Below, piece after piece: positions 1 to 11,438 of a stretch of 49,589 nucleotides of DNA (its first letter is position 1; each line of letters starts with the position of its first letter). Under the pieces are notes generated by a model. The model was not told the origin of the DNA. It saw only the letters and a list, made by a program, of their open reading frames with translations, and did not search any database. The stretch is from Octopus bimaculoides. Lineage: Eukaryota. Location: assembly GCF_001194135.2 (NCBI RefSeq), contig NC_068982.1:190191537-190241125 (forward strand), given 5' to 3'. The position numbers were made by a program, and so were the translations under genes.

Positions 1-2120
1 AATATTTGTCACTAAATCAAAGAATGTCAGAACACAACAGAGTTCTTGACGGACGGGTTACAAAACAAAGCACGTTTACAAAAAAATATTTTTAAAAACA
101 AAACTCCGAGGAATTATCAGTTTATCTAAAAGAAAAAGAAAATATATTTCGATAAAAAAAAAAAATAACATTTGGAAAAATATATTAATAAAAAATAAAG
201 GAAACCTAAAGATTTTGCCAAAATGAATTACATTGATGGAATGGTGCTTTTAAATAAACGAACCCTAAAAGACAAGGTTCGTTAATATTATTTACTATGG
301 TCCCTCGTATTACACAGCGCTCCTTACCAAATGTTTGACGGCACCGATGAAAAAGAAGAAAAAATATTTATCAAGAACTCTGCATCGATTTTTGAAGAGT
401 CTTTTAGAATGTAAACTACCCTCACTTGTGTGTTTAAGTGTGGTACCACCGGATTTCTGTTTTGTGATTACGAGGATTTCGAGGAAATTAATTTATCTGA
501 GTAATTAACAAGTAATTATCATTCTTTCTCTTGGAATCTACTGTTTTTAATTATCTTTTTGGATATCTTTATTTCTTCTTCGCCAAAATATAAAACTGAC
601 ATTCTGTATAACAGGGAAACAAAGGTTTATCTCGCTGTAAAAGCATCAAGTAAAAGTGAGATAATTAATCTTCGTCAGAAGGAGATATTAATTTCGGTTT
701 AAGACAAGGATTGCTGAAATAACTTCTTATAATTAGAGAAACCTTTCGAAAAAAAAACCATATTTGTTGAACGAATGGAAAAATAAAAATAAAAGATTAT
801 CATTTTCATTGATAACAAGGAACGAAAGATATATACAAGTCATAGTGAAGAGAAGCAAATATCAAGAATTTGTTTTTAATAAGACGACAAATTCTTTGAA
901 CATCGAGAAATGTTTGAGTAAAAGACGTTGAGAAAAACAAGAAAAGGAAACTAGCCTCTTACTACGACCTGATGGCTTCCTAATATTAGTCTTGTTTTTC
1001 ATGTAGATTGAATAACAGTAATCTATCTCTGGCTTTCTGTGATACGTCAGTGTCGACCGAGTAAAAGCGCAAGTTGGTTAAAGAATTGAGGGAAAACCCC
1101 CTCCTTGTGATAATTCTCGCTTTGAAGTTCCCACCTCATCACATCTTAGTTCTATGATGAGGGAGATTGAAAAATTTTGAATTAAACTGTGTAATTATAA
1201 AGTTAAATTGTTAATTAAAAATGTGTTAATGACATATTAGAATTGGGTGAATGAGAGAGAAAGCAGGTGAAAGAAAGCAAAGTGTGGAAGAATTTTTTTT
1301 GTAAATTGTACCTAAGAAAGAGAAACTAAGGCGAAAGATAAAGACGGCATTAAGTAGCAAGTAGTGACTGAAATGGTATTAAAAGACTGGGGGAGATATT
1401 TATATATAAGAATAAAGACTTCTTAAGTAGCTCCCTAATAGTGATAAGAGCTTTCAGATAATGAGTGGAGGGGTAAATAAAGTTGAACGAAAGGGAACAG
1501 GGAGCAGAATGATCCATCAAAGTGGGTACATTCATTGAAGAAGAATTCTTTAAAAGTTTAACCATTCCAGCAAGTTACCGGCTGTAAACTTGTTGACAAA
1601 TATATAAATTAAAGACGGGACAGGAGGAGGTGAAGTAAAGCTTTCAAGTTTTCGTTTTTAATTCGATCTTGACAAATAAAATCTAATATACTAATTCTAT
1701 GTGTGTGTTGAAGAAATTAATTTTTCAAAAAATATCTTGTTGAATATTTGTATTTATTGCTAGAACTACTTGTTAAAACCATATTCTATAGAACTGACTG
1801 ATAAAAAAATTATTTGAATATTACTAAAAACAAAACAAAGACAATAATTTGTATTTTGAATGATATTTAAATCTGGAAAACATTCACCCAACTAAAGTTG
1901 TATAAGATTTAAACTACTGTGATATATAAAAACCTGTGGATATATTTTTTTAATAAGCATAACCAAGAATTAAAGCGGTTGGTCATCGCTTTAAAAACTA
2001 ACCTGTTTTCTGTCAGCAAAGAATCGCTTCAACTATTATTGCTACTACTAACAAAGGTCGCTGATAATCGATATTTATTTGCTACAAACTGTAATTGACA
2101 ATGATAAATATATTATTTTT

Positions 2121-2130
2121 AGGTCACGTG
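2121..2130 (+). promoter_or_regulatory. AGGTCACGTG: E-box (CACGTG) overlapping a nuclear-receptor half site, upstream of the rapsyn ATG
   Basis: Motif match only, about 175 bp upstream of the ATG in AT-rich unique sequence. Confidence 0.2.
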
Positions 2131-2302
2131 TAGGAATTAGAGAGAAAATATTTACATAAAAACGAGTAAAACGTCCTCATGAGCACGGTCCAAACAATAC
2201 CACGAATTGGATACATCCAAGTCGTTAAGTCTGCTTTTAAAAAGGCAAGAGTGAATTAAAAGACCGGACAAAAAAAGAGAAGGAAAACAAACAAATTGTG
2301 AG

Positions 2303-3211
2303 ATGGGCCAAAAACTTGTCAGGACAGAGATTAGGAAAGGTCTTCGAGCGTATGATGAACACCGCTATGACGAAGCTGTTCAAACTTGGCAAACTGTGTT
2401 GGCCAGGGTGAAAGACGATAGCAAAAAATTCGAAATTCTTGGTTACCTTTTGAGGGCCCACGAAGATGCAGGCAGACTGAAACAAATGTTGCTAAATTCC
2501 GTGGCCCAATTGAATTTAATCACTGCCAGATATCAAGCTAAACAAAAGAAAAGAAAAGACAGAAAAGTGAGCAAGAGTAATAAAAAGAAAGTGAAGAAAG
2601 AAAGTAAAAAGACGCGTAAAACGAACGAATATTATTGGAAACATTTGTCCGTTGCTTACTTGAATTTAGCACGGAGCAACGTGAAATTGTGCGAATATCA
2701 CAAAGCCATTTGTTATAGCCATCACTGTATCCAGACGGAAATGTTATTAAATGGTAAAGGATCGAATGATCTGACCACTCTGCCTCGCTACTCACCGCTG
2801 GTCGTAACCCTCAGCCCTGTTGCTAGTATTTCTCATCTGCCACTGCATGGTTATGCTTACCTGACTCAAGCGCAGGCCTATGTCGGTCTGGGAGAATTCC
2901 CTAAAGCTTTACAACACTATGACGTAGCACTGGAAGTTGCCAATGCCAGATGCGATTCGATTTTAGCCATGTTGGTCTGCATTGGGTATGGTGACATGTT
3001 CCTTTCATTAGGTGACACTTTCTCAGCCCTTGGCTGGTATAAACGTGCCTATGGACACTTAAAAACTCCGAAAATTTCCGAGACACGCAGTGGCCCGCAA
3101 CTTTGTCCGGTTACCCCGGCAGCAAGCCGGTACCAACGTTTACTAAACCAGCGGGTATCGGACTGCAATCGGAAAATGGGTAGAACTGTCGAAGCTATGG
3201 AAACATGTGAG
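2303..3211 (+). CDS. RAPSN: First coding exon of rapsyn (43 kDa receptor-associated protein of the synapse; acetylcholine-receptor clustering TPR scaffold), 303 codons, 3'-partial
   Basis: Translation aligns by eye with human rapsyn 1-230: MGQ start; KGLRAY vs KGLQLY; FEILGYLLRAHEDAGRLKQML vs [41 protein letters not shown] vs [39 protein letters not shown] vs AFLGLSVFQKALESFEKAL; AMETCE vs AMECCE. Ends at a phase-0 donor GAG|GTAAGC; the ORF-track tail VSTDT* is intronic read-through. Confidence 0.93.
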
Positions 3212-3217
3212 GTAAGC
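3212..3217 (+). other. 5' splice donor (GTAAGC) of the rapsyn intron
   Basis: Consensus AG|GTAAG immediately after the codon equivalent to human E230, where human RAPSN has its exon 3/4 junction (recalled knowledge). Confidence 0.85.
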
Positions 3218-3751
3218 ACCGACACTTAATCAACATTAAGTTTTTGTTTGTTTGTTTATTTGTTTTTCAGCTTATAAAACCCAAATATAAACAAAACTTA
3301 CACGTTTGAACGATTTCCAAACACACACACACACATGCATACCTATCTAACCCTAACCCATAATCTACTGATTTCGTTTCCTCGTTGATATATTGCTACC
3401 AAAGTCGGCAAATTACAGGGTAAGAATTTACATTTTGTCGGCAAAAATTAAAGAAAAGTAAAGAAATTTTTTTTTTTACGATGTTGAATAAAAATATAGT
3501 TTTTCTGACTTAAATAACAGTTGCTGAGGAGAAAAAAAATATCGTAAATATTGTTTTTCATATATCAATATACAAACTGATTTCATTTGGGTTTTGTAAC
3601 TTAAACTTAAGGATTAACCCCTTATTGTATGAATTAAACATGTATTTCACTGTGATATATACTTCATAAAATGTTTGTGGATATTTGGATTATCTGAAAT
3701 TGCTTGTCTTAATTATTGCAATACGATAACGATCAAAATAAGTGTGTGTGA

Positions 3752-3756
<5 letters not shown>

Positions 3757-3809
<53 letters not shown>
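3757..3809. repeat. (TA)n microsatellite
   Basis: Direct reading. Confidence 0.95.
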
Positions 3810-3815
<6 letters not shown>

Positions 3816-4904
3816 ATATAGTGTTTGTTTTATGTTATAATAAAAACAATTTTACATGAAACTGAAGGATTACTCAAAACTTTCCGTAGAGTAAAAATTT
3901 TATTATTCTTTGACATGAATAATACTGTCTGTGACTTCGAAGTTTCCGTCATCTAAGCCATTATATATATAAAGGAATTATTGTATAGTTTCTCGTGTTT
4001 TCTTCGCTTTGTCTGGGAAGTAGTGCGTGATTAGTTGCCAATGTTTGTGTATTTATTAAAGGTAAACAAACCAGAAGATATTTCTGGCGCCTGTCTGAAC
4101 TGAACGTTCTGTTTCCTGTTAACGGACAAACCCAGTCCTTAGTTGGTGAGCAGATAACTATAAATAATAATTTACGATTTATTTCATTTATCACAAGTGT
4201 TACAAATATGTATATATATATATATATATACCCCGTTGCCACATGTTTCTGATAACAGTGGGTCTGTATATTCGGAGATATTGAAAGTGAGAGCTCTCCA
4301 CTGGATGGTCATCAGAATTAAAACGATAAACAAGTAACCATGGAAATGGGTGTCGTTTTCTCAATTTCTCGCAAATATACTTCTGTCTGTCTGTCTCTCT
4401 ATGATAATAGCTGATATAAATGTTGGTTAGTTTCTCCAGTCATGCATTACATCGTATATAGATGAGAGATACAGAGTTAACATACAGACTGGAAGAGTAC
4501 ACATACTAGGCTTGAATACAGGCTATGAGTAAATGAGCACCACACAGAATCAGAGATGTAGATAACAGAATAGTTACACAAATGAGAAATTTGTTTGTTT
4601 GATTATATTCTAAGGGAATACATATTTTTCTTTCGAAAATTAGTATTCCTTATTTCATCATTTTCTGTAAGTACCTAGAAATTTGAGAAAGTTCAGTTAT
4701 AAACCTCGTTTGTCCACATCTCCTGATATTACCAAACCTATTCTTCCAAAGTTACACGTCCTGTCTCACATGATCAATCAGACTCTATTGTATGTTCGAC
4801 ATTTTGCTGGTCCCAATACACTCTCTGCATCAATTTAGCTCTTGTTTGATGTCACGCCACTGCCTGGCATGCAGGCCAACACTCCCCCCTCCCCCCACTG
4901 ATCA

Positions 4905-5050
4905 GAAGGCCATTCCATTGCAGCTTAGTGGACTGGAGCAACGTGAAATGAAATGTTTTGCTCTAGGGCACAATGCAGTCAGTTTGGGAATTGGAACCAC
5001 TAAAATTCTTCAAAGCAGAGTGCCCCAGCGTGTAATGATTGAAACAAGAT
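4905..5050 (-). mobile_element. SINE-like family F fragment (other copies about 7005-7225 -, 11035-11380 +, 43050-43200 -, 43850-44060 -)
   Basis: Shared ggactggagcaacgtgaaat...ttgctc(t/a)agg(g/a)cacaa core in dispersed copies; the opposite strand carries a tRNA-like head (tagtggttaggg...gttttcaattcct at about 11050-11100). Confidence 0.6.
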
Positions 5051-5313
5051 GAAAGATATGAGTACTCGGCACAACCTGTCATTAGACAGGGTTGACAGTA
5101 GACTTACAACCAGCCTAGATAAGTCAACAATAGGAAGGTGAGGCTTTCATCCATCACTCAACAATAACTGAACAGAACCAAATACTGGTAAACAAATTTC
5201 AAAATTTGTTTCCATCTTCTGAAGCCTAACTATTTAATTAGAGAAATAACTGAAGGGATTTGTTACTGTGAGACACGGGGACGTCTAAGGAACCAGTCCT
5301 TAATCACATAGAT

Positions 5314-5802
5314 CAGTGCTACTGAAAGTGGTGGTCCACAGATCGGTGCCGGTCCATGTACCATCAGTTGCCGGTACGTGGCAAGTTTCCAGAAAAGAAA
5401 AACATTATAAAATCATCATCGTTTAACGCCCGTTTTCCATGCTGGCATGGGTTGGATGGTTTGACTGGGGTCTGGGAAGCCAGGAGGCTGCACCAGGCTC
5501 CAGTCTGATCTGGCAGTGTTTCTACAGCTGAATGCCCTTCCTAGCGCCAACCACTCCGAGAGTGTAGTGGGTGCTTTTTATGTGCTACAGGCACAGGGGC
5601 CAGAGTAGGCTGGTAACGACCAAGATCGGTTGGTGTTTTTTAGGTGGAGATCACAAGAAATTGCCAACTTTTATTATCTTTATTATATATATTGTTTCCA
5701 GTATAAATTAATATTACTAAGAAATATTACTTGTCCCTGGCACATTGGCAAAAAAAAAAAAGAACTGCCGGTACACCACATCAGATAGTTTGAGAAGCAC
5801 TG
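5314..5802. mobile_element. hAT (Charlie-like) MITE with nested SINE-B insertion
   Basis: Termini CAGTGCTACTGAAAGT...AGTTTGAGAAGCACTG are imperfect inverted repeats; perfect 8-bp TSD ACATAGAT at 5306-5313 and 5803-5810. Confidence 0.85.
5412..5640 (-). mobile_element. SINE-like family B copy ending in (GAT)n (other copies about 9330-9557 +, 12859-13007 +, 14985-15295 +, 21830-22045 +, 30053-30130 -, 39965-40207 +, 44711-44850 +, 46880-47025 +)
   Basis: Recurrent gttaggaagggcatccagctgtagaaa...aacccatgctagcatggaaagcggacgttaaacgatgatgat segment; aggaagggcatcc resembles RTE-LINE-derived sequence in bipartite SINEs. Confidence 0.8.
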
Positions 5803-5844
5803 ACATAGATCACACATGTAATATTAGTATAGTACGATGATGAG

Positions 5845-6085
5845 CAGGACTCAGTCTTTAGTCTCAGACATCACTCATTCATGTGGTAGCAGTTCATTTT
5901 AATTGATGAGTAAGAGTCCTCATTAGTCAGATAGATCAGTTATGTAGTAGCAGTACTGCATGATGATGAGACTCAATCTTTAGTCATGTAGATACTTTGA
6001 TCAGTTACTTACTAGTCGTATGTGATGATGATGCTAATTAAGTCAATCTTCAGTCACGTAGATCAGTCGTTTAGTAGCATTGCAG
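5845..6085. repeat. Degenerate tandem repeat, roughly 55-60 bp unit
   Basis: Recurring agtc(a/c)tctttagtca(c/t)(a/g)tagatcagt...tagtagca...gatgatg motif; a partial unit lies left of the hAT MITE at about 5294-5313. Confidence 0.55.
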
Positions 6086-6339
6086 TAAAATATTGAACAG
6101 GCGTGGCTGTGTGGTAAGAAGTTTGCTTCCCGAGTACATGATTTTCGGTTCTGTCCCACCATGTGGTACCTTGGGCAAGTGTCTTGAGATTGGATATGGT
6201 GGACAGAAGCCTCTGTTCACGCGCGCGCGTTTATATCCTTATTTCTTTGTTGCCCACAAGGGACTAAACATAGAGGGAACAAACAAGGACAGACAAAGGG
6301 ATTAAATCAATTGCATCGACCCCAGTGCATAACTGGTAC

Positions 6340-6470
6340 TTAATTTATCGACCCCCAAAAGGATGAAAGGCAAACTCGACTTTGGCAGGATTTGAACACA
6401 GAACATAACGATGGATGAAATGCCATGAGGCATTTCACCCAGTGTGCTAATGATTCTGCCAGCTCACCAC
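6340..6470 (-). mobile_element. tRNA-headed SINE-like family C copy (others about 6811-6925 -, 14180-14280 +, 17960-18075 -, 18890-19060 -, 36680-36850 -, 44850-45035 +)
   Basis: Shared gagctggcagaatc(a/g)ttagc...gagttcaaat...tttgcctttcatcctttcggggtcgataaattaagtaccag; B-box-like GTTCAAAT. Confidence 0.8.
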
Positions 6471-6506
<36 letters not shown>

Positions 6507-6573
6507 CCTTTCTACTGAAGGCACCAGGCCTGAAATTTGTGAGGAGGGGGCTAGCTGATTTCATCAACCCCAG

Positions 6574-6810
6574 NNNNNNNNNNNNNNNNNNNNNNNNNNN
6601 NNNNNNNNNNNNNNNNNNNNNNNNNNNNNNNNNNNNNNNNNNNNNNNNNNNNNNNNNNNNNNNNNNNNNNNNNNNNNNNNNNNNNNNNNNNNNNNNNNNN
6701 NNNNNNNNNNNNNNNNNNNNNNNNNNNNNNNNNNNNNNNNNNNNNNNNNNNNNNNNNNNNNNNNNNNNNNNNNNNNNNNNNNNNNNNNNNNNNNNNNNNN
6801 NNNNNNNNNN
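6574..6810. other. Assembly gap (further gaps about 16687-17152, 25075-25424, 38809-39141, 43320-43614, 47695-47885)
   Basis: Runs of N, mostly next to microsatellites or SINEs. Confidence 0.98.
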
Positions 6811-7914
6811 GAAAGGATAAAAAGCAAAATAAGCCTCAATGGAATTTGAACTCAAGAATGCATAAAGCTGGCAGAAATGTAGCTAAGTATTTTGTTCACA
6901 TGCTGATGATTCTGTCAGCCCCACCACCTAATTATAATCACGTGATTGATCAGACTAATCAGATGTTGTTATTCATCGCTGATCACAATGTGCTTTGCAT
7001 CATTTTTAGCTTTCGTATGATGCCACCCTGATGGCTAGGAAAGCAGGCCAACATTCCCACTGATTGGAAGTTTAGTCTGTTGCAGGGTAAACCATTTACA
7101 GGTGAGTGGACTGGAGCAATGTGAAAGGCAGCGTTTCATTCATGAACACATTGTGCCACTTGGTCTGTGAATTGAAGCCACCATTTAGCAATTGAGCACA
7201 ACACCCTAACCACTAGGCCAGGCACCTTCATAATTATAAGAAAATTATAATAGTAATATTTAATTTGGGGGTGGGGGGCTCCAACAGGGGTCTCAGGGAG
7301 TAGCGTTTCTGCCTTCCTGAGCTAGTTTTCTACAACATTTCTTAAAAATCGTGGTAGAGGCCTTGGTCTCAGGAACACTCATGTCTAGAAACTGAGATTG
7401 GGGTAAGCATGCTCCCTGTAGAAAATTCAGCCCCAAAAAAGCCTCATGATTGCAAAGGAAAATGGGTATCAGCCAGCCCAAAAGTTGGGGTGGGCTGCAC
7501 CTAACAGCCTCGGTTGCTATGAAATTAAGGTAGATCCAGCCACCCTCGTTAATGGAGAAAACCTGGATTTATAACACTGGAGACAGAGAGAGAGAGAGAG
7601 AGAGAGACACACACACACACACACACACACACGGTTTGACTTCTTAGTTACTATATTTTTTATTGTAATACACAACTCTTCTGCCTATTAATTTTGAAAA
7701 TTCTGAAGAATTTAGTAATTTTGTTGTTATTAAGCAGGTATTTGGAACATAACATGAAATTTTGATGGAAGGTTTTAATTTAGATCTTTTTAAAACAGGA
7801 AGATCGTATCATAGATCCAAGAGTGGTCTCAGGTAGGCTAATGTCAAATATGCTAATCCCTTGCAAACATGTAGGCCAGACACTTAGCTCCTTTCCTAGC
7901 ACCTTATTTATTTA

Positions 7915-8250
7915 TTTATTCTTTTACTTGTTTTAGTCATTTGACTGCAGCCATGCTGTAGCACCACCTTGAAGTCTTTTTGTCACACAATTCAACCCCA
8001 GGACTTATTTTTAAGCCTGGTACTTCTTCTATTGGTCTCTTTGCTGAACTGCTAAATTACAGGGATGTAAACACACCAACACTGGTCTTCAAGCGATGAT
8101 GGGAGGACACACACACACACGATGGGATTCTTTCAGTTTCTGTCTGCCAAATGTACAAGACTTTGGTCGGCCTAAGGTGCCCCCATGCAGTGAAACCAAA
8201 CCTGGAACCATGTGGTTGGGAAGCAAGCTTCTTACCACACAGCCGCACCT
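7915..8250 (-). mobile_element. tRNA-headed SINE-like family A copy
   Basis: Reverse complement of the family A consensus (ggctgtgtggtaagaagcttgcttcccaaccacatggttcc...ccttgggcaagtg...tggagcac/catggc tail). tRNA-derived SINEs are known from octopus (OK/OR1/OR2), but I cannot assign the exact family. Confidence 0.8.
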
Positions 8251-8330
8251 GTGTCTATTTATTATTATATTTTTTTATTTACCTATTTTTACTGTAACTA
8301 GGAAGACATTCAGGTTTGGCTATCAGCCTA

Positions 8331-8452
8331 TCTCCTCAACATTTGGGAGTGGGTCCTTGAAAGGTCAGTCAGGCTCTCAGCCACACCAGTCTCCTCAAAT
8401 TTAGGAGTGGGTCCTTGAAAGGTCAGTCAGGCTGTCAACCACACCAATCTCA
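8331..8452. repeat. Tandem duplication, 59-bp unit x2
   Basis: tctcctcaa...ggagtgggtccttgaaaggtcagtcaggct...ccacacca starts at 8331 and again at 8390. Confidence 0.85.
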
Positions 8453-9686
8453 CAAAAATCTGTGAGTGTGCCTGCAAGGATCATGAATAAGCCTGCTTCC
8501 TTCCCCAACTTACAAAAGGAAGTATTAAACAGAAAACATTAAAATCAACATTAACACAAAAAAGAAATAATAATGAATATGATAAATAGGATGAGTGTGA
8601 GAAAATTGAAACCATTGTAGAAATGTTAACTTGATAATCTCTCTCCTCCTTGAAAATCACCAAGGAAATGGCATCATCAACACCTTTTGTGTTGTTGTTG
8701 TTGTTTGGTATTTCCAACAAAATGAGCTGTGTAGTGTCATTTTTTTTTTTTTTTCTGTAATTCTGTAATTTTTCTTTTTTTTAGCTCTGTCCCTCCACCT
8801 TGATAACCACACATTGCCAAAAATTTTAAAGATCAAATGAAACCCACTCAAATTTAACAAAAAAAAAAAACTGCAAAATTTAACAAAAAGGATCTACTCA
8901 CTTTTGGTCCCTTCTCTTTGCCTCATGTACCTACCCACACACTCTCCATGCCCCCACACATTTACCATACACCCTACTAGCCACTCCGATTTCTCTCACC
9001 ATCACTTGCTACAGTCACCTCTTCCCCCTCCACATTCTTATGGAACATCCCCTGCTATCCCCTCTGTACTGCCCCCCTGCTATATGAGGGTAGGTCCTAA
9101 TGCCTCTCCAGCACCATCTATTTCTCACTCTCACTTTCTCTCTAACTCTGTCTCTCCTTCCTCTCCTCCTGGGGTAGCCAAGTATCTTTCCTACAGTAAG
9201 ACATTTATTTCCATCATTCTCTTACTCTCTAACCTTTTACCTGGCATAAAGCCACTTCCTATGGTTCCACCCCACCCCCTCTCCCAGCTAGGAGGTCTTC
9301 ATCTCTTGAGCTACTTAGCGACCCCACTGATGTCGCTGTCACATAAAAAGCACCAGTGCTGGTGCCATATACAAAAGCACCCAGTACACTCTGTAAAGTG
9401 GTTGGTGTAAAGGAAGGGCATCCAGCCATAGAAACGATGCCAAAACAGACAGAGCTTGGTGCAGCTCTCCAGCCTTGCCGACTCCTCTCAAACCATTGAA
9501 CCCATGCCAGCATAGGAGTCATATGTTAAATGATGATGATGATGATGATGATGATATCCACCTCAGAAGCAAATTTAAAGGAATAAAACTTGGTTAAACT
9601 CGTTAAAGTAAACATGAACTAAATATCACTGATCAGCTAGAGGGTTCATGAAGCAATGCTGATTAAAATATAGTTGTGCACAGTTA

Positions 9687-10191
9687 TACAAGGGTGAGTC
9701 AAAAAGTAATGCCATTTTGTTTAGGACATGTATCATACATCAAAATGAAGCTGGTCCTCTGTGGATCACATCCCCACTTCTCAACATAGTCACTGTTTCT
9801 CTCAATAGCAATGTTCCACCTTCGAATGAGAGCATGTATCCCTGTTGACTGTTCTTTAAGCCACTTCTTCACTACCTCCACACTCACCAGATTTAGCGCC
9901 TTCAGACTATCATCTCTTCGGCCCCATGAAAGAGGGTTTGAGAGGTAAACATTATTCCAGTGACGAGGAAGTGAAAACTGTAGTGAAGAAGTGACTCAAA
10001 GAACAGTCAACAGAATTTTACGGGGCAGGGATACATGCTCGCATTCGAAGGTGGAACATTGCTATTGAGAGAAACGGTGACTATGTTGAGAAGTAGGATG
10101 TGATCCACAGAGGACCAGCTTCATTTTGATGTATGATACATGTTCCTGTGTTGGTAATTAAACCTGTCCCAAACAAAATGGCAATACTTTT
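9687..10191. mobile_element. Mariner-derived non-autonomous element; the 3' end is duplicated in inverted orientation (fold-back)
   Basis: + strand from about 9876 reads PHSPDLAPSDYHLFGPMKEGLRGKHYSSDEEVKTVVKK*LKEQSTEFYGAGIHARIRRWNIAIERNGDYVEK* (mariner YSPDLAPSD motif). 9687-9875 is the reverse complement of 9980-10191, apart from small deletions, and begins with a mariner-type TIR TACAAGGGTGAGTCAAAAAGTAAT. Confidence 0.88.
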
Positions 10192-10194
10192 CAT

Positions 10195-10394
10195 TAGTAA
10201 GCTAGTGTTTAGAATATAAATCAACTTGAAAATTTGTGGGGATGGATTAATTTAGTCATCATTAATCTGTTTTTTGGTTTATAAATCAACATGGAATTTT
10301 GACGGAACGTTTTAATTAAGATCGTTTTCAAACATGAAGATTATATCATAGAATCGGGGATAATCTCAGGTAGTTTGATATCAAAAGGGTTAAA
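10195..10394. mobile_element. Remnant of TTAA-flanked piggyBac-like MITE (related to 29474-29922; similar remnant about 7670-7840)
   Basis: Ends AAAAGGGTTAA; internal sequence is similar to the reverse complement of the 29.5-kb MITEs. Confidence 0.55.
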
Positions 10395-11438
10395 GCATTT
10401 GACTCTTGCTGATTTTGTCTATCTTACAGTAAATAGATTAGCAGGACCACAATAGCTTCCTACTGATAGCAGCAGGAGCCACCATTTTGCAGACTTCATA
10501 TTTCTGCTGGAATCAGACCCTCCCATGGAACCAGCAGGAAATCGTTGCAAGAACATTCTATCTTCCACAAGGAAATCCTGTTAGTTTATCAGGAATTATT
10601 GTTGAATCACCAACGTGTAACTCCATATCATGACATTCCTATAGCAACCAGATTTAGCATTACCAGAATGAAACATTGCATTTTCACGTAATTCTTGTTT
10701 AGTTTTTGCTTGTTTCTTTTTCTAAATTTTAACAACACTCCTACTATTTCTTCCCCCCCCCCCCCACTGATTTACATCATTTTCCATGTAAGCACAAATG
10801 TAAAGGATTTTTCCATGAAGTAAACAATAGTTTTTTTTTTACTACGGAGTGCTGACCGTTCTTACCAAGTAGTTATGATAATAGAAAGGAGATGACTAAG
10901 GAAATAAAAGCTTACACCATTTGTCCATTCATAAGCTCGTGGTTAGCGTTTCATGACACTTTTGGACAGAGTACTTTATTCCACATGCCTTTGTTCACCC
11001 ACTTCTTGGGAATAAATTACATGGCCTTATATAGAATTATGGTGTGTGGTTTAGTGGTTAGGGTGTTGCACTCGTGATTGTGAGCTCATGTTTTCAATTC
11101 CTAGGCTGGGTAGTTTGTTGTGTTCTTGAGCAAAAACACCCCATTTGATGTCGCCCTACAATCACTCTGACATATCGTACAACATGCACCTGTACAGGCA
11201 ATGTGTCAATTTGATGGAGGGAGCAATCACTATAAACAAATTACCTGTACAGGTTGTTCACCAAGCAGCTGCAGATTGTAGAGTCCACAGTATTATATTT
11301 GCTTCTGCACAGGTATGCATACGTGATGACATACACTGTTTGGATCTGTGTCATAAACAGTTATTGCAATCTTTGTTAAAGTGTGTTAGGAATTAATAGT
11401 AAAAAGAGGAGAGAAGAAAAACAAAACAAACAGCCCAT

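Noticed and set aside
1-1620. AT-rich region possibly a decayed transposon ORF or an exon of an upstream gene
   Set aside because: No frame gave a recognisable motif; left unannotated.
2237-3086. Minus-strand ORFs overlapping the rapsyn exon
   Set aside because: Antisense shadows with no recognisable protein features.
3212-3229. Treating ORF 2303-3229 as a complete single-exon gene
   Set aside because: Homology stops exactly at a consensus donor and rapsyn normally has about 180 further residues.
9876-10100. Functional mariner transposase
   Set aside because: Only the last roughly 70 codons remain, with an in-frame stop.
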